Of a stretch of 64,000 nucleotides of DNA, positions 37,312-46,750 are shown piece by piece. The stretch covers positions 20,710-84,709 of the forward strand of contig QOPZ01000001.1 in assembly GCA_003331885.1 (NCBI GenBank), read 5' to 3'. Both the position numbers and the translations under genes were made by a program. The notes beneath the pieces are model-generated. The model saw nothing but the letters and a program-made list of their open reading frames with translations, was not told where the DNA came from and made no database searches. The DNA is from Cryomorphaceae bacterium (GTDB lineage Bacteria > Bacteroidota > Bacteroidia > Flavobacteriales > Flavobacteriaceae). Position 1 is the stretch's first letter, and each line of letters opens with the position of its first letter.

Positions 37312-39015
37312 ATGAGTTGGTTTGGATGGTTTATATTTTTTTTGATTATTCAAATTATCCATGCTTTAGGTACATTTAATCTATATAAGAAAGCAGGTTT
37401 TAATCCTTATTTATCAATAATTCCAATATACAATGGTTTAGTTTTAATGAAAATTATAAAAAGACCATGGTGGTGGATTGTTTTATTGTTTCTTCCTGTA
37501 GTAAATCTTCTAATTTTCCCAATAATATGGATTGAAACTGCTAGAAGTTTTGGCAGAAAGTCCTTACTTGATACTATATTAGTTGTTTTATCTCTTGGAC
37601 TTTACATTTATATAATAAATTACAACAATAAGTCTGAATATTTAGAAAACAGAAATTTGAATCCACAAAGTGGATTTGAAGAATGGTTTAGTTCAATAAT
37701 TTTTGCTGTAATATTAGCAACTGTTGTTCATACATATTTTATTCAACCTTTTATAATACCAACTGGATCATTGGAGAGAACTTTACTGGTCGGAGATTTT
37801 CTTTTTGTAAGCAAGTACAACTATGGCGCAAGAGTTCCTAAAACTCCTGTTGCTTTTCCAATGGTGCATGATACAATTGTTGGAACCGGACTAAGATCTT
37901 ACCTGAATAAACCACAGTTACCATATCTAAGGCTTCCAAAACTTCAAAAAATTAAGAGAAATGATATAGTAACATTTAATTGGCCTGCAGATACAGTTAG
38001 ACAATTTTTTGTAAAAGAAAAAGGTGTAAAAAAACCTGTTGATAAAAAATCAAATTACGTAAAAAGATGTGTAGCTATTCCTGGAGATACTTTATTGATT
38101 TTAGATGGTGATTTAATTATTAATAACAAAAAAAGTATTCTTCCATACAGAGCAAAACCATTATTTAAGTATATAGCATATAATTCAAATGGCATATCAA
38201 GTCAAAAACTAAAAAAATTAGGTTTATATGATTTTCAAAGAAAATTTAAAATAAATAATATTAATCAAAATTCATTTGATGATATAAAAACTAATATTTT
38301 AAGTCTGGTTGACAACAGTTTAGAAAATTTTACAATTATTACAAATTCAAATGGTATTCCTATAGAAAAAATAAGAAGAAATAGAATGTCAATTTCAGAA
38401 ATAACTGAAAGAAAAAAAAGATTAACAATCACTGAAAAAGATTATGATTTAATTCTTTCAAGTAATGTTGTTGATAGTATAAAAAGAGACTTTAAAATGA
38501 ATAAGTCTTACAATACATCATATTTTCCAAATAATATTACCTATGATTGGAATGAAGATAATTTTGGACCTTTAATAATTCCAAAAAAAAATAACATAGT
38601 TAATTTAAATTTATCTAATATTCCACTTTATAAAAAAATCATTAGAGATTATGAAAAAAATAATCTTGAAATAATAAATAATAAAATTTTTATTAATGGA
38701 CAAGAAACTAATGAATATACGTTCAAAATGGATTATTATTGGATGATGGGAGATAATAGATACAGCTCAGAGGATAGTCGTATGTGGGGCTTTGTTCCAG
38801 ATGATCATATTGTTGGAAAACCAGTTTTTATTTGGATGAGTATTGATGGTATAAATGATGGAATTAAAAATTGGAAAATTAGATGGGATCGTGTGTTTAC
38901 TACAATTCATAATGATGGTGAGCCAAAGTCATATTTAATACATTTTTTAGTTTTTTGCTTATTGACTTGGATTGTAAATAAATTTTTTTTGAAAAAACTA
39001 AGCCTTAATGGTTAG
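37312..39015 (+). CDS. lepB: Signal peptidase I with an N-terminal extra membrane domain
   Basis: 567 aa. Ser box PTGSLERTLLVGD, Lys box KRCVAIPGD, GDNRYSSEDSRMWGFV box. Confidence 0.9.
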   Translation: MSWFGWFIFFLIIQIIHALGTFNLYKKAGFNPYLSIIPIYNGLVLMKIIKRPWWWIVLLFLPVVNLLIFPIIWIETARSFGRKSLLDTILVVLSLGLYIYIINYNNKSEYLENRNLNPQSGFEEWFSSIIFAVILATVVHTYFIQPFIIPTGSLERTLLVGDFLFVSKYNYGARVPKTPVAFPMVHDTIVGTGLRSYLNKPQLPYLRLPKLQKIKRNDIVTFNWPADTVRQFFVKEKGVKKPVDKKSNYVKRCVAIPGDTLLILDGDLIINNKKSILPYRAKPLFKYIAYNSNGISSQKLKKLGLYDFQRKFKINNINQNSFDDIKTNILSLVDNSLENFTIITNSNGIPIEKIRRNRMSISEITERKKRLTITEKDYDLILSSNVVDSIKRDFKMNKSYNTSYFPNNITYDWNEDNFGPLIIPKKNNIVNLNLSNIPLYKKIIRDYEKNNLEIINNKIFINGQETNEYTFKMDYYWMMGDNRYSSEDSRMWGFVPDDHIVGKPVFIWMSIDGINDGIKNWKIRWDRVFTTIHNDGEPKSYLIHFLVFCLLTWIVNKFFLKKLSLNG

Positions 39016-39607
39016 GTTAATCAAGCCAACATATTTTCCTCCTATTTCACATTGGAAACATATTTTGTCGGGTAATATATTATGGGATATTAAATCAAGT
39101 TATAATAAGCAAACTTTAACAAATAGAACATATATAGATTCTCCAAATGGTGAGCTAATGCTTTCAATTCCCATAAAACACTCGGGTAATATTGGTCCAA
39201 GATCGTATTCTGAAGTAAAAATTGACTATAGTTTTAATTGGAAAAAAAATCATTTTAAATCAATTAAAATATCATATCAATCATCTCCTTATTTTGAGTT
39301 TTATGAAGCTGATTTAATCAATCTTTATCAATCAAATTTTGAGTACTTGTACAGGTTTAACTTAGCATCAATTAACTTAATATCTAAATGGATGGAAGAA
39401 ACAATAGATGAAAAAAAAATAAATCTTAATGATTTTAATAATGGTGAGATTGATGATTTAACATTTCTATCTAAAACCAAAAGAACAAAAAATAAAATAA
39501 GAAAAAAATATACTCAAACTTTTGAATTAAAAAATGGTTTTATTAATGATTTGAGTGTTTTAGATTTAATATTTAATTGCGGTCCAAATTCAAAAGAGTA
39601 TATGTAA
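39008..39607 (+). CDS. WbqC-family protein
   Basis: 199 aa. The N-terminal PTYFPPISHW pattern and the position after lepB are typical of Flavobacteriia. Confidence 0.6.
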   Translation: MVRLIKPTYFPPISHWKHILSGNILWDIKSSYNKQTLTNRTYIDSPNGELMLSIPIKHSGNIGPRSYSEVKIDYSFNWKKNHFKSIKISYQSSPYFEFYEADLINLYQSNFEYLYRFNLASINLISKWMEETIDEKKINLNDFNNGEIDDLTFLSKTKRTKNKIRKKYTQTFELKNGFINDLSVLDLIFNCGPNSKEYM

Positions 39608-39610
39608 AAA

Positions 39611-39893
39611 AAGGCAGGCCTATAAGCCGGATTCTGTCTGGCCTTATCATTTATCTTGACGCAATATTACTATTACATTCTAACCGCCTACCCTTCAACA
39701 TAGAACGAGCAGCTCTATAAGTTGATTTACTTGGCGTTTCACCTTACAGAGTTTACATGATTTCACTACAGCCTTACTGTACATTCTTTCTGTTGCACTT
39801 TTCCTACTATAAATAGCGACGGGTATTACCCGCTGTAATGCTCTTTGGTGTCCGGACTTTCCTCTTTATAAAAGCGATAAGGTAGCCTGCCAT
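39611..39893 (-). ncRNA. rnpB: RNase P RNA (bacterial type A), unusually compact
   Basis: The reverse strand reads GGCAGGCU...GAGGAAAGUCCGGACACC...AGUGCAACAGAAAG...GGUGAAACG...ACAGAAUCCGGCUUAU..GGCCUGCC. P1 pairs 39884-39891 with 39613-39620. The P4 strands and universally conserved blocks are present. Confidence 0.9.
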
Positions 39894-39895
39894 CA

Positions 39896-39903
39896 CAAAT
39901 TTA
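39896..39903 (-). promoter_or_regulatory. Candidate -7 promoter element (TAnnTTTG) for rnpB
   Basis: The reverse strand reads taaatttg, ending about 5 nt before the P1 5' strand. Confidence 0.5.
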
Positions 39904-39946
39904 ATATATTTTAACTATAAATATTATAATTATCCACTAGCTAGAT

Positions 39947-39954
39947 TATATTTG
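39947..39954 (+). promoter_or_regulatory. Candidate -7 promoter element (TAnnTTTG) for dnaX
   Basis: tatatttg ends only 5 nt before the dnaX ATG (39960). Confidence 0.35.
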
Positions 39955-39959
39955 TATTA

Positions 39960-41645
39960 ATGAGTAATTTTGTTGTTTCCTCACTAAAATATAGACCTAA
40001 AGATTTTGAATCCGTAGTTGGTCAAAATCATGTCACAAATACGTTAAAAAATTCTATTTCTGAAAATAAAATACCTTCTGCTATACTGTTTTGTGGACCC
40101 AGGGGCGTTGGAAAAACTTCATGTGCTAGAATTTATGCAAAAGAAATTAATAAATCTAGTATTGAAAATGATGAAAATCATGATTATTCATTTAATATTT
40201 TTGAAATTGATGCTGCATCAAATAATAAAACTGATGATATAAGGGACTTAATTGAAAAAGTCAGAATTCCACCACAAATAGGAAGATATAAAGTTTATAT
40301 AATTGATGAAGTCCATATGCTTTCAAAACAGGCTGAAAATGCTTTTTTAAAAACTTTGGAAGAACCACCAACTCACATTGTTTTTATTTTAGCAACAACT
40401 GAAAAAAATAAAATTTTACCAACTATTCTTTCAAGATGTCAAATCTATGACTTTAATAGAATTAAAGAAGATGAGATTTGTAAAGCATTAATTGAAATTT
40501 GTAAAAAAGAAGATTTTAAGTTTGAAGAGGAGGCAATTTCGATTATATCACGAAAATCAGATGGATCATTAAGAGATTCCTTAACTATTTTAGATAGAGT
40601 TGTAAGTTATACTAACAAAAATATTACAACAGAAAAAACTTCAAGTTTACTTAATATATTAGATAATGAATCATTTCTTAAAATTTCTGAAAATATAATT
40701 AATGGAGATTTAATCCCAGTATTAACACTATTTAATGAAATATGTGAAAAAGGATTTAATGAAAAAGATTTTTTAACAGGACTGGCTAGTCATTTTAGAA
40801 ATATATTAATATCAAAATCTTCAGAATCTCATATCATATTTGAGTTCAATAAAAACATGCTTGATTCTTTTTCAAATCAAGGAGAAATGATCTCAAATTC
40901 AGAAATAATTGAAAAAATAACTGCCATAGAGAACTCCATATTTAAATATAATCAGATTGAAAACAAGAAGTTATTAGTGGAAATAACATTGATGAAAATT
41001 TGTAAAAATTTAAATGAAAGTAAAGTTCTAGTTGAAAAAAAAAAGGATAAAATTAAAATAGTTTCAAAATCTTCAAATTTAGTAAAAGAAACAACAGTCG
41101 ATAATAATATAAATAATCTAGATTCAGATAAAAAACAAGAAGAAAGCGATTTAAATAATGAAATATCTACAGTTAAAAATGAATACAAAGAAACAAGTGC
41201 TTTATCCCTATCAAGTCTTAAATTAAAAAAGTCTGCTCTTTCTGAAAAAGAGAAAGAAAAAGAAAAACAAGAAGTTTTAAGTAATACTTTTGATAATGAT
41301 AGCCTTAATTCTGCATGGAAAGAATATTCAAGTAATCTTGAAAAAAATGGGAATAATAGCTTATCAAGCTTGATGGAAATGAATGAACCCTATATAAATG
41401 ATAATAATAATATAAACTTTAAAGTTCCTTCAAAAAGTAATAAAAAAGAATTAGATTTTGAAAAAGAAAAAATTATCAAATATTTAAAAGATAAATTAAA
41501 AAACGGGAACATTATTCTAGAAATTATTATTGACAAAGAGACAAATAAAGAATATTATGCAACTCCACAAGAAAAGTTCGAAAAACTAAGTGAAATAAAC
41601 CCATTATTAAATCAATTTAAAAAAGATTTAAAATTAGATTTATAA
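39960..41645 (+). CDS. dnaX: DNA polymerase III subunit tau (gamma/tau)
   Basis: 561 aa. Walker A GPRGVGKTS, Walker B IIDEVHMLS, sensor SRCQ. Low-complexity Lys/Glu/Asn-rich C-terminal half. Confidence 0.9.
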   Translation: MSNFVVSSLKYRPKDFESVVGQNHVTNTLKNSISENKIPSAILFCGPRGVGKTSCARIYAKEINKSSIENDENHDYSFNIFEIDAASNNKTDDIRDLIEKVRIPPQIGRYKVYIIDEVHMLSKQAENAFLKTLEEPPTHIVFILATTEKNKILPTILSRCQIYDFNRIKEDEICKALIEICKKEDFKFEEEAISIISRKSDGSLRDSLTILDRVVSYTNKNITTEKTSSLLNILDNESFLKISENIINGDLIPVLTLFNEICEKGFNEKDFLTGLASHFRNILISKSSESHIIFEFNKNMLDSFSNQGEMISNSEIIEKITAIENSIFKYNQIENKKLLVEITLMKICKNLNESKVLVEKKKDKIKIVSKSSNLVKETTVDNNINNLDSDKKQEESDLNNEISTVKNEYKETSALSLSSLKLKKSALSEKEKEKEKQEVLSNTFDNDSLNSAWKEYSSNLEKNGNNSLSSLMEMNEPYINDNNNINFKVPSKSNKKELDFEKEKIIKYLKDKLKNGNIILEIIIDKETNKEYYATPQEKFEKLSEINPLLNQFKKDLKLDL

Positions 41646-42572
41646 TTAAATTATCTCATTTACCATTCCATCAGCTAATCCTATTCTAGGCACATATATT
41701 TCTTGAATATCTAGAGTTTTCATTAAAAAATAATAAATTTTTCCTGCAGGCACAATAACATCAATTCTATCAGGATTTAATTTAAGTTTTATTAGTTTTT
41801 TTTCTAAAGACATTTTCTCTAGTTTTTCTAAAGTTTTTTTAAAACTTTTTCTTGTTAATGGCTTAGTGTACTTAGTGTCTGATATCTTATAAATTTTATT
41901 AATATTACCTCCTATACCAATTATTTTAAGTTTTTTTAGTTCAACTGCATTTTTTTTAAGCCAATTTCCAAAATATTCCCAGGTAGAATTATTAACAAGA
42001 TCATTAATTAATCTAACTCCACCAATCTTAAAAGATTTTGATTTATAAAATTTTGATTTTTTATAAATGACAACTTCAGTACTACCACCTCCAACATCAA
42101 TAAAACAATAATTTTTAGTTTTACCTATGTGAGAGCTAATATCATTATTTGAAACTATTTCAGATTCTCTTTTTCCTGAAATTATTTCTACTTTAATTCC
42201 AGTTTCAATTTCTAGAGATTTAATAATTTCCTCTGAATTAATAATATTTCTCATAGCAGAAGTAGCATATGCTAAATAATCTTTAATTTCATTTATTTCC
42301 ATTATTAACTTGAATGAATTTAAAGTTGATTTAAGTTTTTTTAGATTTTTTAAACTAATCTTGCCTTTTTTAAATGAGTCATCACCTAGTCTAAGTTGAA
42401 CACGATATAGTGAGTTTTTTGTGTGATATTTTATTCCTTTTACATTAAATATATTTGATATGAGTAATCTAATCGCATTAGAACCAATATCTATTGTGGC
42501 AACTTTTTTAACTATAACCTTACTTTTCAATTTTTTATTTATAATAGTTATAAATTTCTTTTTGAGCTTCAA
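41646..42572 (-). CDS. ppx: Ppx/GppA-family exopolyphosphatase
   Basis: 308 aa. ASKHA-fold motifs IDIGSNAIRLL and IDVGGGSTE. Overlaps the ppk1 3' end by 38 nt. Confidence 0.8.
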   Translation of the reverse strand: MKLKKKFITIINKKLKSKVIVKKVATIDIGSNAIRLLISNIFNVKGIKYHTKNSLYRVQLRLGDDSFKKGKISLKNLKKLKSTLNSFKLIMEINEIKDYLAYATSAMRNIINSEEIIKSLEIETGIKVEIISGKRESEIVSNNDISSHIGKTKNYCFIDVGGGSTEVVIYKKSKFYKSKSFKIGGVRLINDLVNNSTWEYFGNWLKKNAVELKKLKIIGIGGNINKIYKISDTKYTKPLTRKSFKKTLEKLEKMSLEKKLIKLKLNPDRIDVIVPAGKIYYFLMKTLDIQEIYVPRIGLADGMVNEII

Positions 42573-44565
42573 TTGACTTAGCGCCTTTTAATTTTGATTT
42601 ATAGATATTTAGGGTAGAAGAATTTAAATATCTTGACTTGGTATTATCTGACCAATATATATTAAAAATATCATTAATCTCATTTTTAACTTTTAAATCT
42701 AAAATTGGACAGGTTACCTCTACTCTATTGTCTAAATTTCTAGTCATCCAATCAGCAGATGATATATACACATCATTATTGCCATTATTTTTAAAAATGA
42801 AAAAACGTGTGTGTTCTAAAAATCTTCCAACAATACTAATTACTTCAATATTTTTGTGATTTTGAGGTAAAAGACAACAAATTCCTCTAACTATCATTTT
42901 GATTTTAACACCAGCATCAGCTGCTTTATAAAGCTCTTCTACCATAGCATAACTAGTCAAACTATTAAGTTTAATTTTTACAGATGCTGGAAGATTCTTT
43001 TTGGCATTTCTAATTTCTTGTTTAATCATTTTTGTGAAAAAAGATTGAGTATGAAAAGGGGAAAGCTTTAAATATTTATAATTGAATTTTTTATAGTTTA
43101 AATCGAAAAAATTAAAAACTTTTGAAACATCATTTAAAATTTTTTTATTTGATGTAAAAAGAGTTAAATCAGTATAGGTTTTAGCAGTAGATTCATTAAA
43201 GTTTCCTGTACTAATAAAACCAAATTTTTCAATCTTATTATTTCTTTTTCTTTCGATTACACAAACTTTTGCATGTACTTTTAAATTTTGAATACCAAAA
43301 ATCAATTTAACACCTTGTTCTTCCAATAACTTAGCATATTTGATATTAGCTTTTTCATCAAACCTAGCTTGAAGTTCAATCTGAACAATTACCTCTTTAC
43401 CATTTTTTGCAGCATTAATCAATGCATTTGCAATACTTGAAAGTTTTGATAATCTATAAATAGTAATTGATATTTTTTTAACATCTGGATCAATTGATGC
43501 TTCAGTTAAAAAGCGTAAAACATATATAAATTTATGATATGGGGTATGTAACAAAAAATCTCTTTTTTTTATCGAATCAAAAATATTTTTTTTTAAATCA
43601 AAGTTTTTTATATCAAGAGGATTGTTTTTTTTATAAATAAGATTTTTATTTCCTATTGATGGAAAGTTCATATAATCTCGTCTATTATGATATTTACCAC
43701 CAGGAATTATACTATCAGTATTATTGTTAAAATTTAGCTTATCTAATAAAAATTTTAAAGTATCTTTTTCAATATTGTTGTCATAAACAAACCTGACAGG
43801 TTCACCACTTAATCTGTTTTTTAAACTCAATGAAATTTTTTCCAAATAACTTTTAGAAATATCATAAGCAAAGTCAAGCTCTGCATCTCTACTAATTTTT
43901 ACCATATTTGCTTCAATTTCAATTGGAGAAAATATTTCAAAAATTTCGCTTAAATGAAATCTAATTATATCATCAACTAGAATTACATATTTTTTTTCTG
44001 ATTTACTTAAAACTAAAAATCTATCTAATTGATTTGGAATTTTAATCAAAGCAAATTTATTAACTGAATCTTTTGATTTAATTTTTACCACAAGAAATGA
44101 TGATGTATCTGTAAGAGTTGGAAACTTAGACTCACTATTTAATACAATAACTTCTAACTGTGGTTGAATTTTCTCAATAAAAAAATTATTTATAAATTTT
44201 ATAAATATTTTAGGAATTGATTTTTCATCTACAAAAAAAATATCTTCTTTACTAAGGTCAGTTATAATTGAATTTAAAACGTTTGTACTCCTCTCTTGAA
44301 GTTGAATAGTTTTTTTATTTATTTCACCTAATAAATCAATAGCATTAAGGCCTTTATAAAGCTTTTTTTGTTTTTTTGCGGAAAGAGCAATTCTTTTGAC
44401 TGTAGCATATCTGACCTTAAAAAACTCATCTAGATTATTAGAAAAAATTCCAATAAACCTTAATCTTTCAATCAAGGGAACATTTAAATCCTCTGCTTCT
44501 TGTAGAACTCGAGCATTAAAGTCTAACCAACTTAACTCCCTATTTTTAAATTTATAATCTTTCAT
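42535..44565 (-). CDS. ppk1: Polyphosphate kinase 1
   Basis: 676 aa. N-terminal RELSWLDFNARVL, PLD-like HxK block KVHAKVCVIERK, C-terminal SSADWMTRNLDNRVEV. Confidence 0.95.
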   Translation of the reverse strand: MKDYKFKNRELSWLDFNARVLQEAEDLNVPLIERLRFIGIFSNNLDEFFKVRYATVKRIALSAKKQKKLYKGLNAIDLLGEINKKTIQLQERSTNVLNSIITDLSKEDIFFVDEKSIPKIFIKFINNFFIEKIQPQLEVIVLNSESKFPTLTDTSSFLVVKIKSKDSVNKFALIKIPNQLDRFLVLSKSEKKYVILVDDIIRFHLSEIFEIFSPIEIEANMVKISRDAELDFAYDISKSYLEKISLSLKNRLSGEPVRFVYDNNIEKDTLKFLLDKLNFNNNTDSIIPGGKYHNRRDYMNFPSIGNKNLIYKKNNPLDIKNFDLKKNIFDSIKKRDFLLHTPYHKFIYVLRFLTEASIDPDVKKISITIYRLSKLSSIANALINAAKNGKEVIVQIELQARFDEKANIKYAKLLEEQGVKLIFGIQNLKVHAKVCVIERKRNNKIEKFGFISTGNFNESTAKTYTDLTLFTSNKKILNDVSKVFNFFDLNYKKFNYKYLKLSPFHTQSFFTKMIKQEIRNAKKNLPASVKIKLNSLTSYAMVEELYKAADAGVKIKMIVRGICCLLPQNHKNIEVISIVGRFLEHTRFFIFKNNGNNDVYISSADWMTRNLDNRVEVTCPILDLKVKNEINDIFNIYWSDNTKSRYLNSSTLNIYKSKLKGAKSIEAQKEIYNYYK

Positions 44566-45044
44566 CTAAATGATTTTGGAAAATAATGATTGTAATTTCC
44601 AGTTGTAATTTCTTTCCACGAAGATACATCAAAATCAAAAATTATTATTCCACAAGTTGGAACATGAATGTATTTATTTGCAAATTCTGAAGTTAAAAAG
44701 CTACAAGAATTATTATGTGAAAAAATTAAAACTTTAGATAAACTATCTTCAATATTATTTATGAATTTTAAAACATTAAATCCGCTAAAATCATACAATA
44801 AATCTGATTTAAAAAATTTAATGTTTTTTATGATTGATGAATGAATTAGAAAATTCTCATATGTTTCAATTGTTCTTTTTGCTGGGCTAGAATAAATAAT
44901 TTCTGGTTTTAAATTTATTTCATCTATTACTTTTGACATAACTTTAACATCATTTTTTCCTCTATTAGAAATTGGTCTGTCTAAATCAGACAGGTTGTTG
45001 TTCCAGTCTGATTTTGCATGTCTAATAACAATAAGGTTTTTCAT
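44562..45044 (-). CDS. Histidine-phosphatase-superfamily protein (SixA-like)
   Basis: 160 aa. RHG-type motif VIRHAKSDW and a second His block (IFSHNN). ATGA overlaps with both neighbours. Confidence 0.7.
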   Translation of the reverse strand: MKNLIVIRHAKSDWNNNLSDLDRPISNRGKNDVKVMSKVIDEINLKPEIIYSSPAKRTIETYENFLIHSSIIKNIKFFKSDLLYDFSGFNVLKFINNIEDSLSKVLIFSHNNSCSFLTSEFANKYIHVPTCGIIIFDFDVSSWKEITTGNYNHYFPKSFR

Positions 45045-45679
45045 GGACTAAGCCTCTTATAGCTCCATTCACCATCATAATTTTTTTTATAAAAAATTCT
45101 ATCATGGAGTCTGTTTTTTCGTCCTTGCCAAAATTCTAAAGAAAAAGGGCTTACAATTATTCCACCCCATTGTTTAGGTCTATTAAGCTTAGTTTTAGTT
45201 TTTTTTAATTTACTGAATTTATTCTCAATAAACTTTCTGTCAGGAATTTCTGAACTTTGATCAGAGGCAATTGCTCCAATTTGACTGTCAATAGGGCGAG
45301 AATAAAAATATTTATCAGATTCTTCATCTGACATTATAGAACATTTACCTTTTATAATAATTTGTCTTTCATGTGATGGCCAAAAAAATGACAGACAAAC
45401 ATTTGAATTTGAAAGAATGTTTTTTCCTTTATTACTATTATAATTTGTATAAAAAATGAAGCCACTACTTGAAAATTTTTTTAACAAAACGACTCTGTTA
45501 GATGGGGAATTATATTCATCAATTGTACTTAAAGTCATGGCATTTGGTTCTTTGATTAAATTTGAATTACTTACTTCATCAAACCAATTTCTAAACATTA
45601 ATAAAGGGTCATCAGATAAAGATCCTTCATCTAAGGTAAACTTGTCATAACTTATTCTATAATTAGATAAATCTTTCAT
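45041..45679 (-). CDS. pdxH: Pyridoxamine 5'-phosphate oxidase
   Basis: 212 aa. C-terminal signature LEFWQGRKNRLHDRIFY, plus the RVVLLK and FYTNYNSNKG blocks. Confidence 0.9.
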   Translation of the reverse strand: MKDLSNYRISYDKFTLDEGSLSDDPLLMFRNWFDEVSNSNLIKEPNAMTLSTIDEYNSPSNRVVLLKKFSSSGFIFYTNYNSNKGKNILSNSNVCLSFFWPSHERQIIIKGKCSIMSDEESDKYFYSRPIDSQIGAIASDQSSEIPDRKFIENKFSKLKKTKTKLNRPKQWGGIIVSPFSLEFWQGRKNRLHDRIFYKKNYDGEWSYKRLSP

Positions 45680-45696
45680 GAGGTTAAATTTAATAT

Positions 45697-46470
45697 TTAA
45701 AAAGAATATACATCGCCTTCTTTAGCTATAAATACATTTGGAAATAATGTGGCAGCTTCCAGCTTAAATTCATTTAAATCCTTGTATCTGGCAGAAAAAT
45801 GTCCCAATATTAATTTATTAGCGTTTGATTTTTTAGCAATTTTTGCAGCTTGTAAAGAGGTTGTATGCTTAGTTTTTAATGCTAAATCTGAATGCTTTTC
45901 TAAGAATGTTGATTCATGATATAATATGCTTACATTTCTAATTAGATCACATATTTCAGGAAAAAACTGTGTGTCAGAACAATAAGCATATGAAATATTT
46001 AAATCATTATTTTTTAATTTAAATATAAATCCCGTTGTCGGAATTCTATGATATAGCTTGAGGGATTCAACTGAAATTTCTTCATTATCAATTATTACTT
46101 TATTTTTTGATTCTATTTCAATAAAATTTAAGTTATAACTAGTCCATGATTTTCCGGATTTCATAATTAAGGTGATAATTTTTTTTAATCCTTTTGGTCC
46201 ATAAATATTTAAATCCTTATTTCTTCCTTTTAGATTAAAGTAAGAAATTAAACCTGGTAAACCGAAATAATGATCTCCGTGAAGATGAGAAATAAAAATA
46301 TTATCAATTGAGTTTAACCTAATATTATATTTTTTTAATAAAAATTGAGTTCCCTCACCACAATCAATCAAATAAAACTTTTTATTAAGTATTAAAAGTT
46401 GAGATGATGGAAATCTTCCATAACCGCCAGATCCAGAGTAACAGCCTAATATTCTAAGACTATTCTTCAT
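45697..46470 (-). CDS. rnz: Ribonuclease Z / MBL-fold hydrolase (short form)
   Basis: 257 aa. LIDCGEGTQ and HLHGDHYFGLPGL motifs, then LNIYGPKGL. Confidence 0.7.
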   Translation of the reverse strand: MKNSLRILGCYSGSGGYGRFPSSQLLILNKKFYLIDCGEGTQFLLKKYNIRLNSIDNIFISHLHGDHYFGLPGLISYFNLKGRNKDLNIYGPKGLKKIITLIMKSGKSWTSYNLNFIEIESKNKVIIDNEEISVESLKLYHRIPTTGFIFKLKNNDLNISYAYCSDTQFFPEICDLIRNVSILYHESTFLEKHSDLALKTKHTTSLQAAKIAKKSNANKLILGHFSARYKDLNEFKLEAATLFPNVFIAKEGDVYSF

Positions 46471-46750
46471 TAATCAGTCTTTCAATTTCTTCAATTTCTA
46501 CAATATCTTTTGCTTCTTGGAAGGTTGGAACAACTGAAAATAAATATCTATCATTTTTTAATGTATTAGAAACTATAACTATAGATTTTTTTGATTTTTT
46601 CATGTGAGAATTAAAAAAATCTAATATTTCAGTATTTATATTATTATCATCTTCAAATTCGATTATTAGATTATTCTTAGATACCTTTTTTTTAATGTTA
46701 CCTAATAAAATATTCTTTTTAACGTGGATTTTTTCAAATTTATTAATCAT
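46460..46750 (-). CDS. Hypothetical protein
   Basis: 96-aa ORF filling the gap between pyrB and rnz, overlapping both ends by a few nt. No motif I can name. Confidence 0.4.
   Translation of the reverse strand: MINKFEKIHVKKNILLGNIKKKVSKNNLIIEFEDDNNINTEILDFFNSHMKKSKKSIVIVSNTLKNDRYLFSVVPTFQEAKDIVEIEEIERLINEE

Noticed and set aside
41244-41273. gaaaaagagaaagaaaaagaaaaacaagaa purine repeat inside dnaX
   Set aside because: It encodes the EKEKEKEKQE low-complexity linker of tau. It is not a tandem-repeat element or a CRISPR-like structure.
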